Part shown: positions 56,942-64,000 of the stretch, piece by piece
Layout of the letters: each line of letters starts with the position of its first letter
Position numbering within the stretch: the first letter of the stretch is position 1
DNA from: Gemmatimonadales bacterium
GTDB lineage: Bacteria > Gemmatimonadota > Gemmatimonadetes > Gemmatimonadales > Gemmatimonadaceae
Direction: 5' to 3'
NCBI GenBank assembly: GCA_038205995.1
Contig: JBBRBH010000004.1
Span: 17,968-81,967 of the forward strand
Length of the DNA stretch: 64,000 nt
Translations under genes and position numbers: made by a program
Notes under the pieces: generated by a model
Databases searched by the model: none
The model's input: only the letters and a program-made list of their open reading frames with translations
What the model was told of the DNA's origin: nothing

Positions 56942-59900
56942 ATGCAGACAACGCGCCAAACTTTCGAGGAGTTCTTCGTGAAATTCTTTTCCGGCTGTGC
57001 ACGTGCGCTCGTGGTTGGAGCATCGGTTCCGCTTACTCTTTTCGCGCAGCAGAAGCCGGCAGCCAAGCCGGCCCCGCCGAAGGCGGTGCTCTCTGGTCCG
57101 GTTGATACCAGTTACTGGGGCGGGGTTCAGTGGCGCAACATCGGGCCGAACAGCTCGGGCCGAATGGTGAGCGTCGCAGGATCGGCAGCACGAACCAACG
57201 AATATTATTTCGGCACAACCGGCGGCGGCGTTTGGAAAACGATCGACGGCGGCAAGACGATGCTCCCCGTGACAGACAAATATTTCGGCGGCAGCGTGGG
57301 AGCGCTCGCGGTGAGCGAGAGCAATCCGGATGTCGTCTACGCGGGCGGCGGCGAAACGCAGATCCGCGGAAATGTTTCCTACGGCGACGGCGTGTGGAAA
57401 TCCATCGATGCGGGAAAAACGTGGACCTCGCTTGGGCTCAAAGAGACGCAGTACATCTCGCGCATCCGCGTGCACCCGACGAATCCTGATATCGCGTACG
57501 TCGGCGCACTCGGCCATGTGTTCGGTCCGAATTCCGATCGAGGCGTTTACAAAACCGTTGATGGCGGGAAGTCGTGGAAGAAAATTCTTTTCCGAAACGA
57601 TTCCACCGGCGTCGCCGATCTGATCATGGAACCCGGCAACCCGAACGTGCTCTACGCCACGTTCTGGCAGTCGTACCGCGGGCCGTGGATTCTCTGGAGC
57701 GGCGGAGCGGGCAGCGGTATTTTCAAGACGACAGACGGCGGCGATCACTGGACGGAGATCTCGCACAACCAGGGTTTGCCAACAGGGCTGCTCGGCCGAA
57801 TGGGAATCGCAATTTCGCCGGCAAAGCCGACGCGCGTGTGGGCGCTGATCGAGCATGAGCCAGGCGGCGGTGTGTATCGCTCGGACGACGCGGGCGCGAC
57901 GTGGAAATTCCTCAGTGGCTCGCGCGATCTGCGTCAGCGCGCGTGGTACTACTCGAATATTTACGCGGATCCAAAAGACACGAACGTCGTCTACGCGCCG
58001 CAGGTCGGCTCCGAGTGGTCGAAGGATGGCGGCATGACATGGGCCGGCGGATTCGGCGCGGGCGACAATCACGATATGTGGTGGGCGCCGAACGATTCCA
58101 AACGCATGGCTGTGGCGCACGACAACGGCGCCGTCATCACGACCGACGGCGGCACGACGCGTGTCGATGTTGCCGCGCCAACAGGCCAGTTCTATCACGT
58201 ACATCTCACGAATCACTTTCCGTACCATGTCTGCGGATCGAAGCAGGACGCCGGCCCGAACTGCGGGCCCGTCCGCGTCGCCGGCGGTGGGCGCGGCGGC
58301 GGTGGAGGAGGACGCGGCGGACCGCCGCCGAATCCGTATTCCGAGTTCTATGGAATCGCGGGCGGAGAGAGCGGCTACATCGCGTCGAGTCCGATCGATC
58401 CCGATATCACGTACGGCGGCAACTACAGCGGCGTGCTGCAGACGCTGAACCGCCGCACTGGCCTCAGCGAGCGTCTCGATCCGTGGCCGCTCAATCCGAT
58501 GGGACATGACGCGGCAGATTCGAAGTACCGTTTCCAGTGGACGTATCCGATCATGAACTCACCGTTCAATCCGCACGTGCTGTATGCCGGATCGAACGTT
58601 GTGTTCAAATCGATTGACGACGGAAAATCGTGGACGTCGATCTCACCCGACCTCACGCGGCACGATCCAAAAACACTCGGCTCGAGCGGCGGCGAAATCA
58701 CGAAAGATCAAACGTCAGTCGAGTATTACTCGACGGTGTTCGCACTGCAGGAATCACCGCTCGTTCCCGGCCTGATGTGGGCCGGTTCGGACGACGGCCT
58801 TGTGCACATCACGCGCGACGGCGGAAAGACATGGAAGAACATCACGCCGAAGTGGCCCGAGTGGATGCGCGTGTCGATCATCGATCCCTCTCCGCACGCG
58901 CCGGGCACCGCGTGGGTTGCGGGCAATCGATATCAGATGGACGACATGAAGCCGTACCTCTACAAGACAACCGACTACGGCGTTACCTGGACGAAGATCA
59001 CCGACGGAATTCCCGACGACGGATTCACGCGCGCGATCCGCGAAGACCTCTATCGTCCGGGCATGCTGTACGCCGCAACAGAGCGCAGCATGTATCTCTC
59101 GTACGACGCTGGCGCGCACTGGCAGAATCTCGCCCGCAACCTTCCGCCGGTGCCGATCCATGACATCGCGCTGAAGGACGACGACATGGTAATTGCGACG
59201 CACGGCCGCGCGTTCTGGGTGATGGAGAACCTCACGCCGCTCCGGCAGGCGCCAGAAGTGGCGATGGCATCGGACAAGAATTATTTCTACAAACCCGCGC
59301 CTGTGTTTCGCGTGGGTGGCGCGCAGGCGAACGTGATGTACCGCCTCGCCGATGCGAATCAGCCGGTCACCATCGAGTATCTCGATGCCGCGGGCAAGCT
59401 CATCAAGAAATATGCGTCCACGGATTCACAGCCTACACCGCCCGCAGGGCGTGGCGGTGGCGGCGGGCGTGGCGGCGGCGGTGGACCGCCGGTCGTGACG
59501 AACAAGGCCGGTGTGAACACGTATCGCTGGGACATGCGCTACGCGGATGCGTCGAACTTCCGCGGAATGATTTTGTGGGCGGCGGGAGTGCAGGGGCCGG
59601 TCATCGCGCCCGGGACGTACACCATTCGCCTCACGGTCGGGAGCAATCGGCCGATCACGCAGCCGCTCGTGGTGAAGCGTGATCCGCGCTCGGGCGCGAC
59701 CGACGCGGACCTGGTTGAGCAGACGAAGTTCGCGCTCAAACTTCGCGACCGGATGAGCGAGGCCGATGATGCGGTGAAAAAGATTCGCAGCATCAAAGAA
59801 CAGATCGCCGAACGTGCGACGAAGATGTCGGGCGTGCCGGAATTCGGGTCGCTGTCCAAGCTGCTCACGGACAGCATCGCGAGCGTCGAAGATTCCGTGT

Positions 59901-60190
59901 ATCAGACCAAAAACGCCAGCGGCGAAGATCCGCTCAATTTCCCGGTTCGGCTCAACAACCAGATCGGCGCGCTGATGGGCTTCGTGCAGAGCGGCGACCG
60001 CCGTCCGCCGCCGCAGGCCTATCAAGTCTACGAATCGCTGTCGCCCAGGATGGATACGCAGATGGGGCGGTACGATAAATCGGTGAAGCTCTACCTCGAC
60101 AAGATCAACGCACTGCTGAAGGCCCAAGGGCTGCCACCGATCGTGCCGACGACGGTCGAAAGTCCTCCAAAGTCGAAGATCATCAGTTGA
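56942..60190 (+). CDS. Secreted BNR/Asp-box repeat, VPS10/sortilin-like double beta-propeller protein (paralog of 28628..32068)
   Basis: 1082 aa. Asp-boxes TIDGGKTM, SIDAGKTWTS, TVDGGKSWKK, TTDGGDHWTE, SDDAGATWKF, SKDGGMTWAG, SIDDGKSWTS, TRDGGKTWKN, TTDYGVTWTK, SYDAGAHWQN. An alternative GTG start lies at 56978, just before the hydrophobic leader. Confidence 0.85.
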   Translation: MQTTRQTFEEFFVKFFSGCARALVVGASVPLTLFAQQKPAAKPAPPKAVLSGPVDTSYWGGVQWRNIGPNSSGRMVSVAGSAARTNEYYFGTTGGGVWKTIDGGKTMLPVTDKYFGGSVGALAVSESNPDVVYAGGGETQIRGNVSYGDGVWKSIDAGKTWTSLGLKETQYISRIRVHPTNPDIAYVGALGHVFGPNSDRGVYKTVDGGKSWKKILFRNDSTGVADLIMEPGNPNVLYATFWQSYRGPWILWSGGAGSGIFKTTDGGDHWTEISHNQGLPTGLLGRMGIAISPAKPTRVWALIEHEPGGGVYRSDDAGATWKFLSGSRDLRQRAWYYSNIYADPKDTNVVYAPQVGSEWSKDGGMTWAGGFGAGDNHDMWWAPNDSKRMAVAHDNGAVITTDGGTTRVDVAAPTGQFYHVHLTNHFPYHVCGSKQDAGPNCGPVRVAGGGRGGGGGGRGGPPPNPYSEFYGIAGGESGYIASSPIDPDITYGGNYSGVLQTLNRRTGLSERLDPWPLNPMGHDAADSKYRFQWTYPIMNSPFNPHVLYAGSNVVFKSIDDGKSWTSISPDLTRHDPKTLGSSGGEITKDQTSVEYYSTVFALQESPLVPGLMWAGSDDGLVHITRDGGKTWKNITPKWPEWMRVSIIDPSPHAPGTAWVAGNRYQMDDMKPYLYKTTDYGVTWTKITDGIPDDGFTRAIREDLYRPGMLYAATERSMYLSYDAGAHWQNLARNLPPVPIHDIALKDDDMVIATHGRAFWVMENLTPLRQAPEVAMASDKNYFYKPAPVFRVGGAQANVMYRLADANQPVTIEYLDAAGKLIKKYASTDSQPTPPAGRGGGGGRGGGGGPPVVTNKAGVNTYRWDMRYADASNFRGMILWAAGVQGPVIAPGTYTIRLTVGSNRPITQPLVVKRDPRSGATDADLVEQTKFALKLRDRMSEADDAVKKIRSIKEQIAERATKMSGVPEFGSLSKLLTDSIASVEDSVYQTKNASGEDPLNFPVRLNNQIGALMGFVQSGDRRPPPQAYQVYESLSPRMDTQMGRYDKSVKLYLDKINALLKAQGLPPIVPTTVESPPKSKIIS

Positions 60191-60215
60191 TGTAGCCTCT
60201 GGTGCAACGAACTGA

Positions 60216-60252
60216 CTCCCCCTAGTGTCTCAGTTGAGGACACTAGGGGGAG
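60216..60252 (+). terminator. Perfect 14-bp-stem hairpin: candidate terminator of the BNR gene and/or RBS-sequestering element of the downstream PadR gene
   Basis: CTCCCCCTAGTGTC-TCAGTTGAG-GACACTAGGGGGAG. The 3' arm contains GGGGGAG, ending 9 nt before the PadR ATG (60262). It is followed by ATCGTTTAAATG, which is only a weak U-tract. Confidence 0.55.
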
Positions 60253-60261
60253 ATCGTTTAA

Positions 60262-60585
60262 ATGGCATTGGTCAAAGGTTCACTCGATATCCTCGTGCTG
60301 AAGGCCCTGTCGTGGGGCCCAATGCACGGCTTCGAAATCACGTGCTGGCTCGAGGGCCGCTCCGGCGGTGAGCTAAGCGTGGACGACGGCGCGCTGTATC
60401 AGGCGCTGCATCGCATGGAAGAACGCAAGCACATCGCGGCGGAGTGGGGGATAACCGAGAACAACCGCCGCGCGCGCTACTATAAAATGACCGCCGCCGG
60501 CCGCGTATATCTTCGCGCCGAGTCCACGAGCTGGGCGAAATACGCAACGACGATGACCGCGATTCTCGAGCGTCGTTCTGTTTAG
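60262..60585 (+). CDS. PadR-family transcriptional regulator
   Basis: SLDILVLKALSWGPMHGFEITCWLEGRSGGELSVDDGALYQALHRMEERKHIAAEWGITENNRRARYYKMTAAG. Confidence 0.9.
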   Translation: MALVKGSLDILVLKALSWGPMHGFEITCWLEGRSGGELSVDDGALYQALHRMEERKHIAAEWGITENNRRARYYKMTAAGRVYLRAESTSWAKYATTMTAILERRSV

Positions 60586-60588
60586 AGC

Positions 60589-63204
60589 ATGAGCAGCCGG
60601 CCGAATGGCATCCGCGCGGGCGTGCGCCGCCTCGGCGGCAATCTGAACGGAGCGCGGGATCAACTCCACCACTCGGCCGAACGCCGGGAGCGCACCATGG
60701 CGATGCACGAGCGATTTGAGGAAGTGATTCAGGATCTCCGGTATGCCGCGCGCGGACTCGTGCGCCGCCCCGGGTTCACCGCAATAGCCGTACTCACGCT
60801 GGCGGTGGGAATCGGCGCGAACACCGCGATCTTCAGCGCGGTGAATGCGCTGATGTTCAGGCCGCTGCCGTTTCGGAATCCGGAGCAGCTGGTGAATGTC
60901 AGCTTCGCGACACTGGGGGGTGGTGGCAACGCGCCGCGCTTCGATATGCCGTGGTCGTGGATGAAGTACCTCTCGTTCCGCGGCGCGGAGCGGCAGTTCC
61001 AAACGCACGCGCTGTGGGTACAGGGAAATTTCAGTCTCACCGGCGATGATCCCGAACGCCTCAGCGGCGAGTGGGCGAGCGCACACTATTTGAGCACACT
61101 CGGCGTCACGCCCGCGGTGGGGCATACGTTCGAAGCGGCCGGCGATGATCTCTATGACGCGCCGAAGCAGATGCTAATTTCCGACGACCTCTGGAAACGG
61201 CGCTACAACGCTGATCCGGCGATCGTCGGCAAGACTATCAGTGTCGAACGAAAGCCCTTCGAAATCATCGGCGTTATACCGCAGGGTTTCAAGGGATTGT
61301 CGGGGGCAGCAGAGCTTTGGGTTCCGATCACCACGCGTCAGGCGGCGGACATCGGGCCGGGGCAGGAGTGGTCGCATGAGTTTCAGCTTGTCGCGCGTCT
61401 CAAGTCAGGTGTGCCGATACAGCAAGCAATCGCTGCGTCGCCGCAGTGGGCCTCGGTGATTGATGCGGCGAACCCGAATCCGAGTCCGGATCACGGACCG
61501 GCCTGGGGCGTTCACGTTGCGCCACTCGATGCCGGCCGAGTCTCGCCCGTAATCCGGCGCTCGCTGTTCGTGCTGTTCGGCGCGGTCGGACTGCTCCTGC
61601 TGATCGCGTGTGTGAATATCGCGAACCTGCTGCTCGGTCGCGCGGCCGCGCGCCGTCAGGAAATTTCTATTCGGCTCGCACTCGGCGCGGCGCGCGGGAG
61701 GCTCGTGCAGCTGCTCCTCACGGAGAGCTTGCTGCTCGCGATGATCGGCGGCGCAGCGAGCATAGCGGTCGCACTGATCGGCACACGCGCGCTCGCAGCG
61801 GCGAACCCGGGGGACACACTGCGAGTGCAAAATCTTTCCGGGCTCGGTGTGACGGGATTCTCGTCAATTCATCTGGACACCGTCGCACTGGCCTTCACGC
61901 TCGCGGTGTCTGTTGCAGTCGGAATTGTTTTTGGCCTCGTGCCGGCGATTCAGGCCACGCGTCCGTCGCTCGTGAACGACATGAAGAGCGGCGCACCAGC
62001 CGCGAAGGGGCGACTGCGCCGGTGGTTCGCGAGCAGGCACCTGCTCGTCGTTGCCGAAGTGGCGCTCGCGATCGTTTTGCTTGCAGGCTCGGGACTGATG
62101 CTCCGAAGCCTCGGCAACCTGCTCAACGTGAATTCCGGATTCGATCCGTCGGGTGTGCTTTCGCTGAGACTCACGATGCCGCGAGGTGCCGTAGCACAGG
62201 ATTCGCTTCCGGGGTTCTACGACAAACTCATTGCCGATCTCGGAGCGCTTCCGGGCGTGACAGGCGTTGCACTCTCGGATAGTCCGCCGCTCGCTGGCGG
62301 ATCGAATATCACGCGAATCGTATTCTCCGACCGACCGCCCGTGCCACGCGATCAGAGCCCGCTCATTGGCGTTCACTGGATCACCCCAGCGTGGGCCACC
62401 GTGATGCGTGTACCGCTCAAGCGCGGCCGGTTGTTCAATGCGGACGACAGGAAAGGCGCGCCGAAGTCGATCATCATTAATGAGACCGCGGCAAACAAAT
62501 TCTGGCCAGGGGAAAACCCGATCGGTAAGCCGGTGACGATCGGGCAGGGCGGTTTCGACGACGGTGCGACTGTGGTCGGCGTGATCGGTGACGTTCGCTA
62601 TCACACGATTGATTCGTTGCCGATGCCCGACGTGTACGTACCGTACGCGCAGTCGGCCGTTCCGCGGATGATGATTTTCATTCGCACGTCCGTGAGTGAG
62701 CCGCTTTCGCTGGTTCCGGCGACGCGGCGCGTGGTGAGCGCGCTTGTTCCCGGGCTGCCGGTGTTCGATATCAAGAGCATGGCGTCGCGCGCCGCAGTGG
62801 CGACGGCTCAAGCGCGGTTCAGTGCGATTCTACTCGGGATGTTCGCAGCCACGGCCCTGCTGCTCGCGGTGATCGGGATTTACGGCGTGATGTCTTTTAT
62901 GGTGGTCCAGCGGACCCGCGAAATAGGAATTCGAATGGCGCTCGGCGCCGATCGAGCTCAGGTTCGCGGGCTGGTGGTGAGGCAGGGGCTTTCGCTTGCG
63001 CTTGCCGGGGCGGGGATCGGTGTGGTGGCGGCCTTCGCGGTGACGAAAGTGCTTGGGACACTTCTATATGATGTGAAGCCCGGGGATCCGCTGACATACA
63101 TCTCGATTGTCGTGCTGCTCGGGGTTGCTGCGGCGGTGGCGAGCTGGATCCCTGCGCGAAGGGCGTCGCGGGTGGAGCCAACCGAGGCGTTGAGGGCCGG
63201 CTAA
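60589..63204 (+). CDS. ADOP / MacB-FtsX-type permease with an approx. 47-aa N-terminal prefix, coupled to PadR
   Basis: 871 aa, starting 3 nt after the PadR stop. [48 protein letters not shown]. Duplicated FtsX modules ([14 protein letters not shown]; [14 protein letters not shown]). Confidence 0.9.
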   Translation: MSSRPNGIRAGVRRLGGNLNGARDQLHHSAERRERTMAMHERFEEVIQDLRYAARGLVRRPGFTAIAVLTLAVGIGANTAIFSAVNALMFRPLPFRNPEQLVNVSFATLGGGGNAPRFDMPWSWMKYLSFRGAERQFQTHALWVQGNFSLTGDDPERLSGEWASAHYLSTLGVTPAVGHTFEAAGDDLYDAPKQMLISDDLWKRRYNADPAIVGKTISVERKPFEIIGVIPQGFKGLSGAAELWVPITTRQAADIGPGQEWSHEFQLVARLKSGVPIQQAIAASPQWASVIDAANPNPSPDHGPAWGVHVAPLDAGRVSPVIRRSLFVLFGAVGLLLLIACVNIANLLLGRAAARRQEISIRLALGAARGRLVQLLLTESLLLAMIGGAASIAVALIGTRALAAANPGDTLRVQNLSGLGVTGFSSIHLDTVALAFTLAVSVAVGIVFGLVPAIQATRPSLVNDMKSGAPAAKGRLRRWFASRHLLVVAEVALAIVLLAGSGLMLRSLGNLLNVNSGFDPSGVLSLRLTMPRGAVAQDSLPGFYDKLIADLGALPGVTGVALSDSPPLAGGSNITRIVFSDRPPVPRDQSPLIGVHWITPAWATVMRVPLKRGRLFNADDRKGAPKSIIINETAANKFWPGENPIGKPVTIGQGGFDDGATVVGVIGDVRYHTIDSLPMPDVYVPYAQSAVPRMMIFIRTSVSEPLSLVPATRRVVSALVPGLPVFDIKSMASRAAVATAQARFSAILLGMFAATALLLAVIGIYGVMSFMVVQRTREIGIRMALGADRAQVRGLVVRQGLSLALAGAGIGVVAAFAVTKVLGTLLYDVKPGDPLTYISIVVLLGVAAAVASWIPARRASRVEPTEALRAG

Positions 63205-63274
63205 CCAGTCCCGCAACCCTTTTCCTCCTCGTGGTGTCATATCTTCGACAATGACGAATATATCGGTTATATAG

Positions 63275-63601
63275 ATGCCAGCGAACCTCGGCGAACTCGA
63301 ACAGCTCGTCCTCCTCGCCATCGCCCGCCTCGGCGATGACGCGTACGGCGTTACGGTTCGAAAAGAAATAGCGTCGCGCGCGAAACGAAGTCTTTCACTG
63401 GGCTCCGTGTATACGACGCTTACCCGCCTCGACGCAAAGGGATTCGTCGCATCGCATCTCGGCGAGCCCACGCCCGAGCGCGGTGGCCGTCGCAAAAAAC
63501 ACTTTGTCATTACCGCGGCAGGCAGGCGCGCGCTGCAACGAAGCATGCTGGCGATCCGCACTATGGCGCGCGGGATCGATGCGTCCTGGGAAACGCCATG
63601 A
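63275..63601 (+). CDS. PadR-family transcriptional regulator (divergent subtype)
   Basis: [76 protein letters not shown]. Confidence 0.85.
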   Translation: MPANLGELEQLVLLAIARLGDDAYGVTVRKEIASRAKRSLSLGSVYTTLTRLDAKGFVASHLGEPTPERGGRRKKHFVITAAGRRALQRSMLAIRTMARGIDASWETP

Positions 63602-64000
63602 ACGAACGACAGATCGCGCCGCCGGCGCTCGCCGTGTGGATCCTGTCGCACCTGCTGCCGCACGCGGAACGCGACAACTACCTCGGCGATCTCGAGGAAA
63701 TTTTTCGGAATGAGATTTGCCCGTCGCGCGGGGTCAAAGCCGCGCGCCGCTGGTACTGGCTCGAACTGCTGCGCGCCCCGATCACGATCGGCGATCGCGC
63801 ACCGAGCGAACAACTCGTCCCACCAATTCGCGGAGATGGTCCAGTGACGAACACGCTCAACGACCTCCGGTTCGCCGTTCGACTGCTCGCACGCCGGCCG
63901 GGCTTCACCACGCTCGCCGTGCTTACACTCGCGCTCGGCATCGGCGCGACCACTGCGATTTTCAGCGCGGTCTATCCGATCGTCGTTGAACCGCTGCCGT
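63598..64000 (+). CDS. ADOP / MacB-FtsX-type permease, N-terminal part with an approx. 87-aa prefix (continues beyond the right window edge)
   Basis: Not in the track because it has no stop in the window. ATG 63598 overlaps the PadR stop as ATGA. Translation: [40 protein letters not shown]...[49 protein letters not shown]. Confidence 0.8.
   Translation, partial: MNERQIAPPALAVWILSHLLPHAERDNYLGDLEEIFRNEICPSRGVKAARRWYWLELLRAPITIGDRAPSEQLVPPIRGDGPVTNTLNDLRFAVRLLARRPGFTTLAVLTLALGIGATTAIFSAVYPIVVEPLP

Noticed and set aside
56894-58507. 537-aa minus-strand ORF overlapping the second BNR/VPS10 gene. Analogous cases include 30527..31219, 28029..28601, 59426..60127, 60373..61125, 61864..62811 and 63064..63813.
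   Set aside because: These are Arg-rich, low-complexity antisense frames. The opposite strand carries well-formed Asp-box, CoA-transferase, PadR or ADOP sequences.
63236-63263. AT-richer imperfect inverted repeats (GTCAT...ATGAC; ATATCTTCG/CGAATATAT) upstream of the third PadR gene, considered as an operator
   Set aside because: The repeats are short, overlapping and mismatched, and could arise by chance in an AT-rich promoter region. There is not enough support to list them as a feature.

Overview
This is a high-GC chromosomal window with about 48 densely packed genes. I saw no rRNA, tRNA, CRISPR array, transposase, integrase or phage gene. Repeated PadR-regulator/'ADOP' MacB-type permease pairs, BNR/VPS10-like propeller proteins and PRC-type cytochrome c lipoproteins suggest an Acidobacteriota- or Gemmatimonadota-like organism; this is inference, not a search result.

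Content from left to right:
- A partial ADOP permease, then an MdtABC-like efflux operon (adaptor plus two tandem RND pumps). A TolC-like gene lies opposite it, with an NHL-propeller gene in between.
- A dihaem cytochrome c lipoprotein and two back-to-back ABC export systems.
- A co-directional GH18 / amidohydrolase / TIM-barrel isomerase / ADOP / GH20 string.
- An acyl-CoA dehydrogenase and CoA-transferase pair.
- A large BNR/VPS10-like exoprotein and an M20 peptidase.
- A small lower-GC islet: an RraB-like gene, a DUF4288-like gene and an RHH + nucleotidyltransferase pair.
- A PadR-ADOP pair, then NTF2-like, AraC, cytochrome c-TPR and OsmC genes.
- An orphan SusD-like lipoprotein with a pseudo-receiver OmpR-type regulator.
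- An esterase / membrane protein / lipoprotein trio.
- A coupled string of M14 peptidase, S9 peptidase, LpxR-like, methyltransferase, cyclophilin and DinB genes.
- A second BNR/VPS10 paralog, then two tandem PadR-ADOP pairs.

Most noteworthy observations:
1. An RHH + minimal-nucleotidyltransferase two-gene module with a perfect 10-N7-10 palindrome over its start.
2. A roughly 100-bp palindromic element made of six helically phased CACGGGT heptamers.
3. Gly/Arg-rich 'GRGG' insertions in six unrelated exported proteins.
4. An orphan SusD-like gene coupled to a degenerate response regulator.
5. A hairpin that sequesters a PadR ribosome-binding site.

All family calls come from motif recognition by eye; no searches were run. 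Many long ORFs in the track are high-GC antisense artefacts, and several listed ORF starts were trimmed to signal-peptide or coupled starts.
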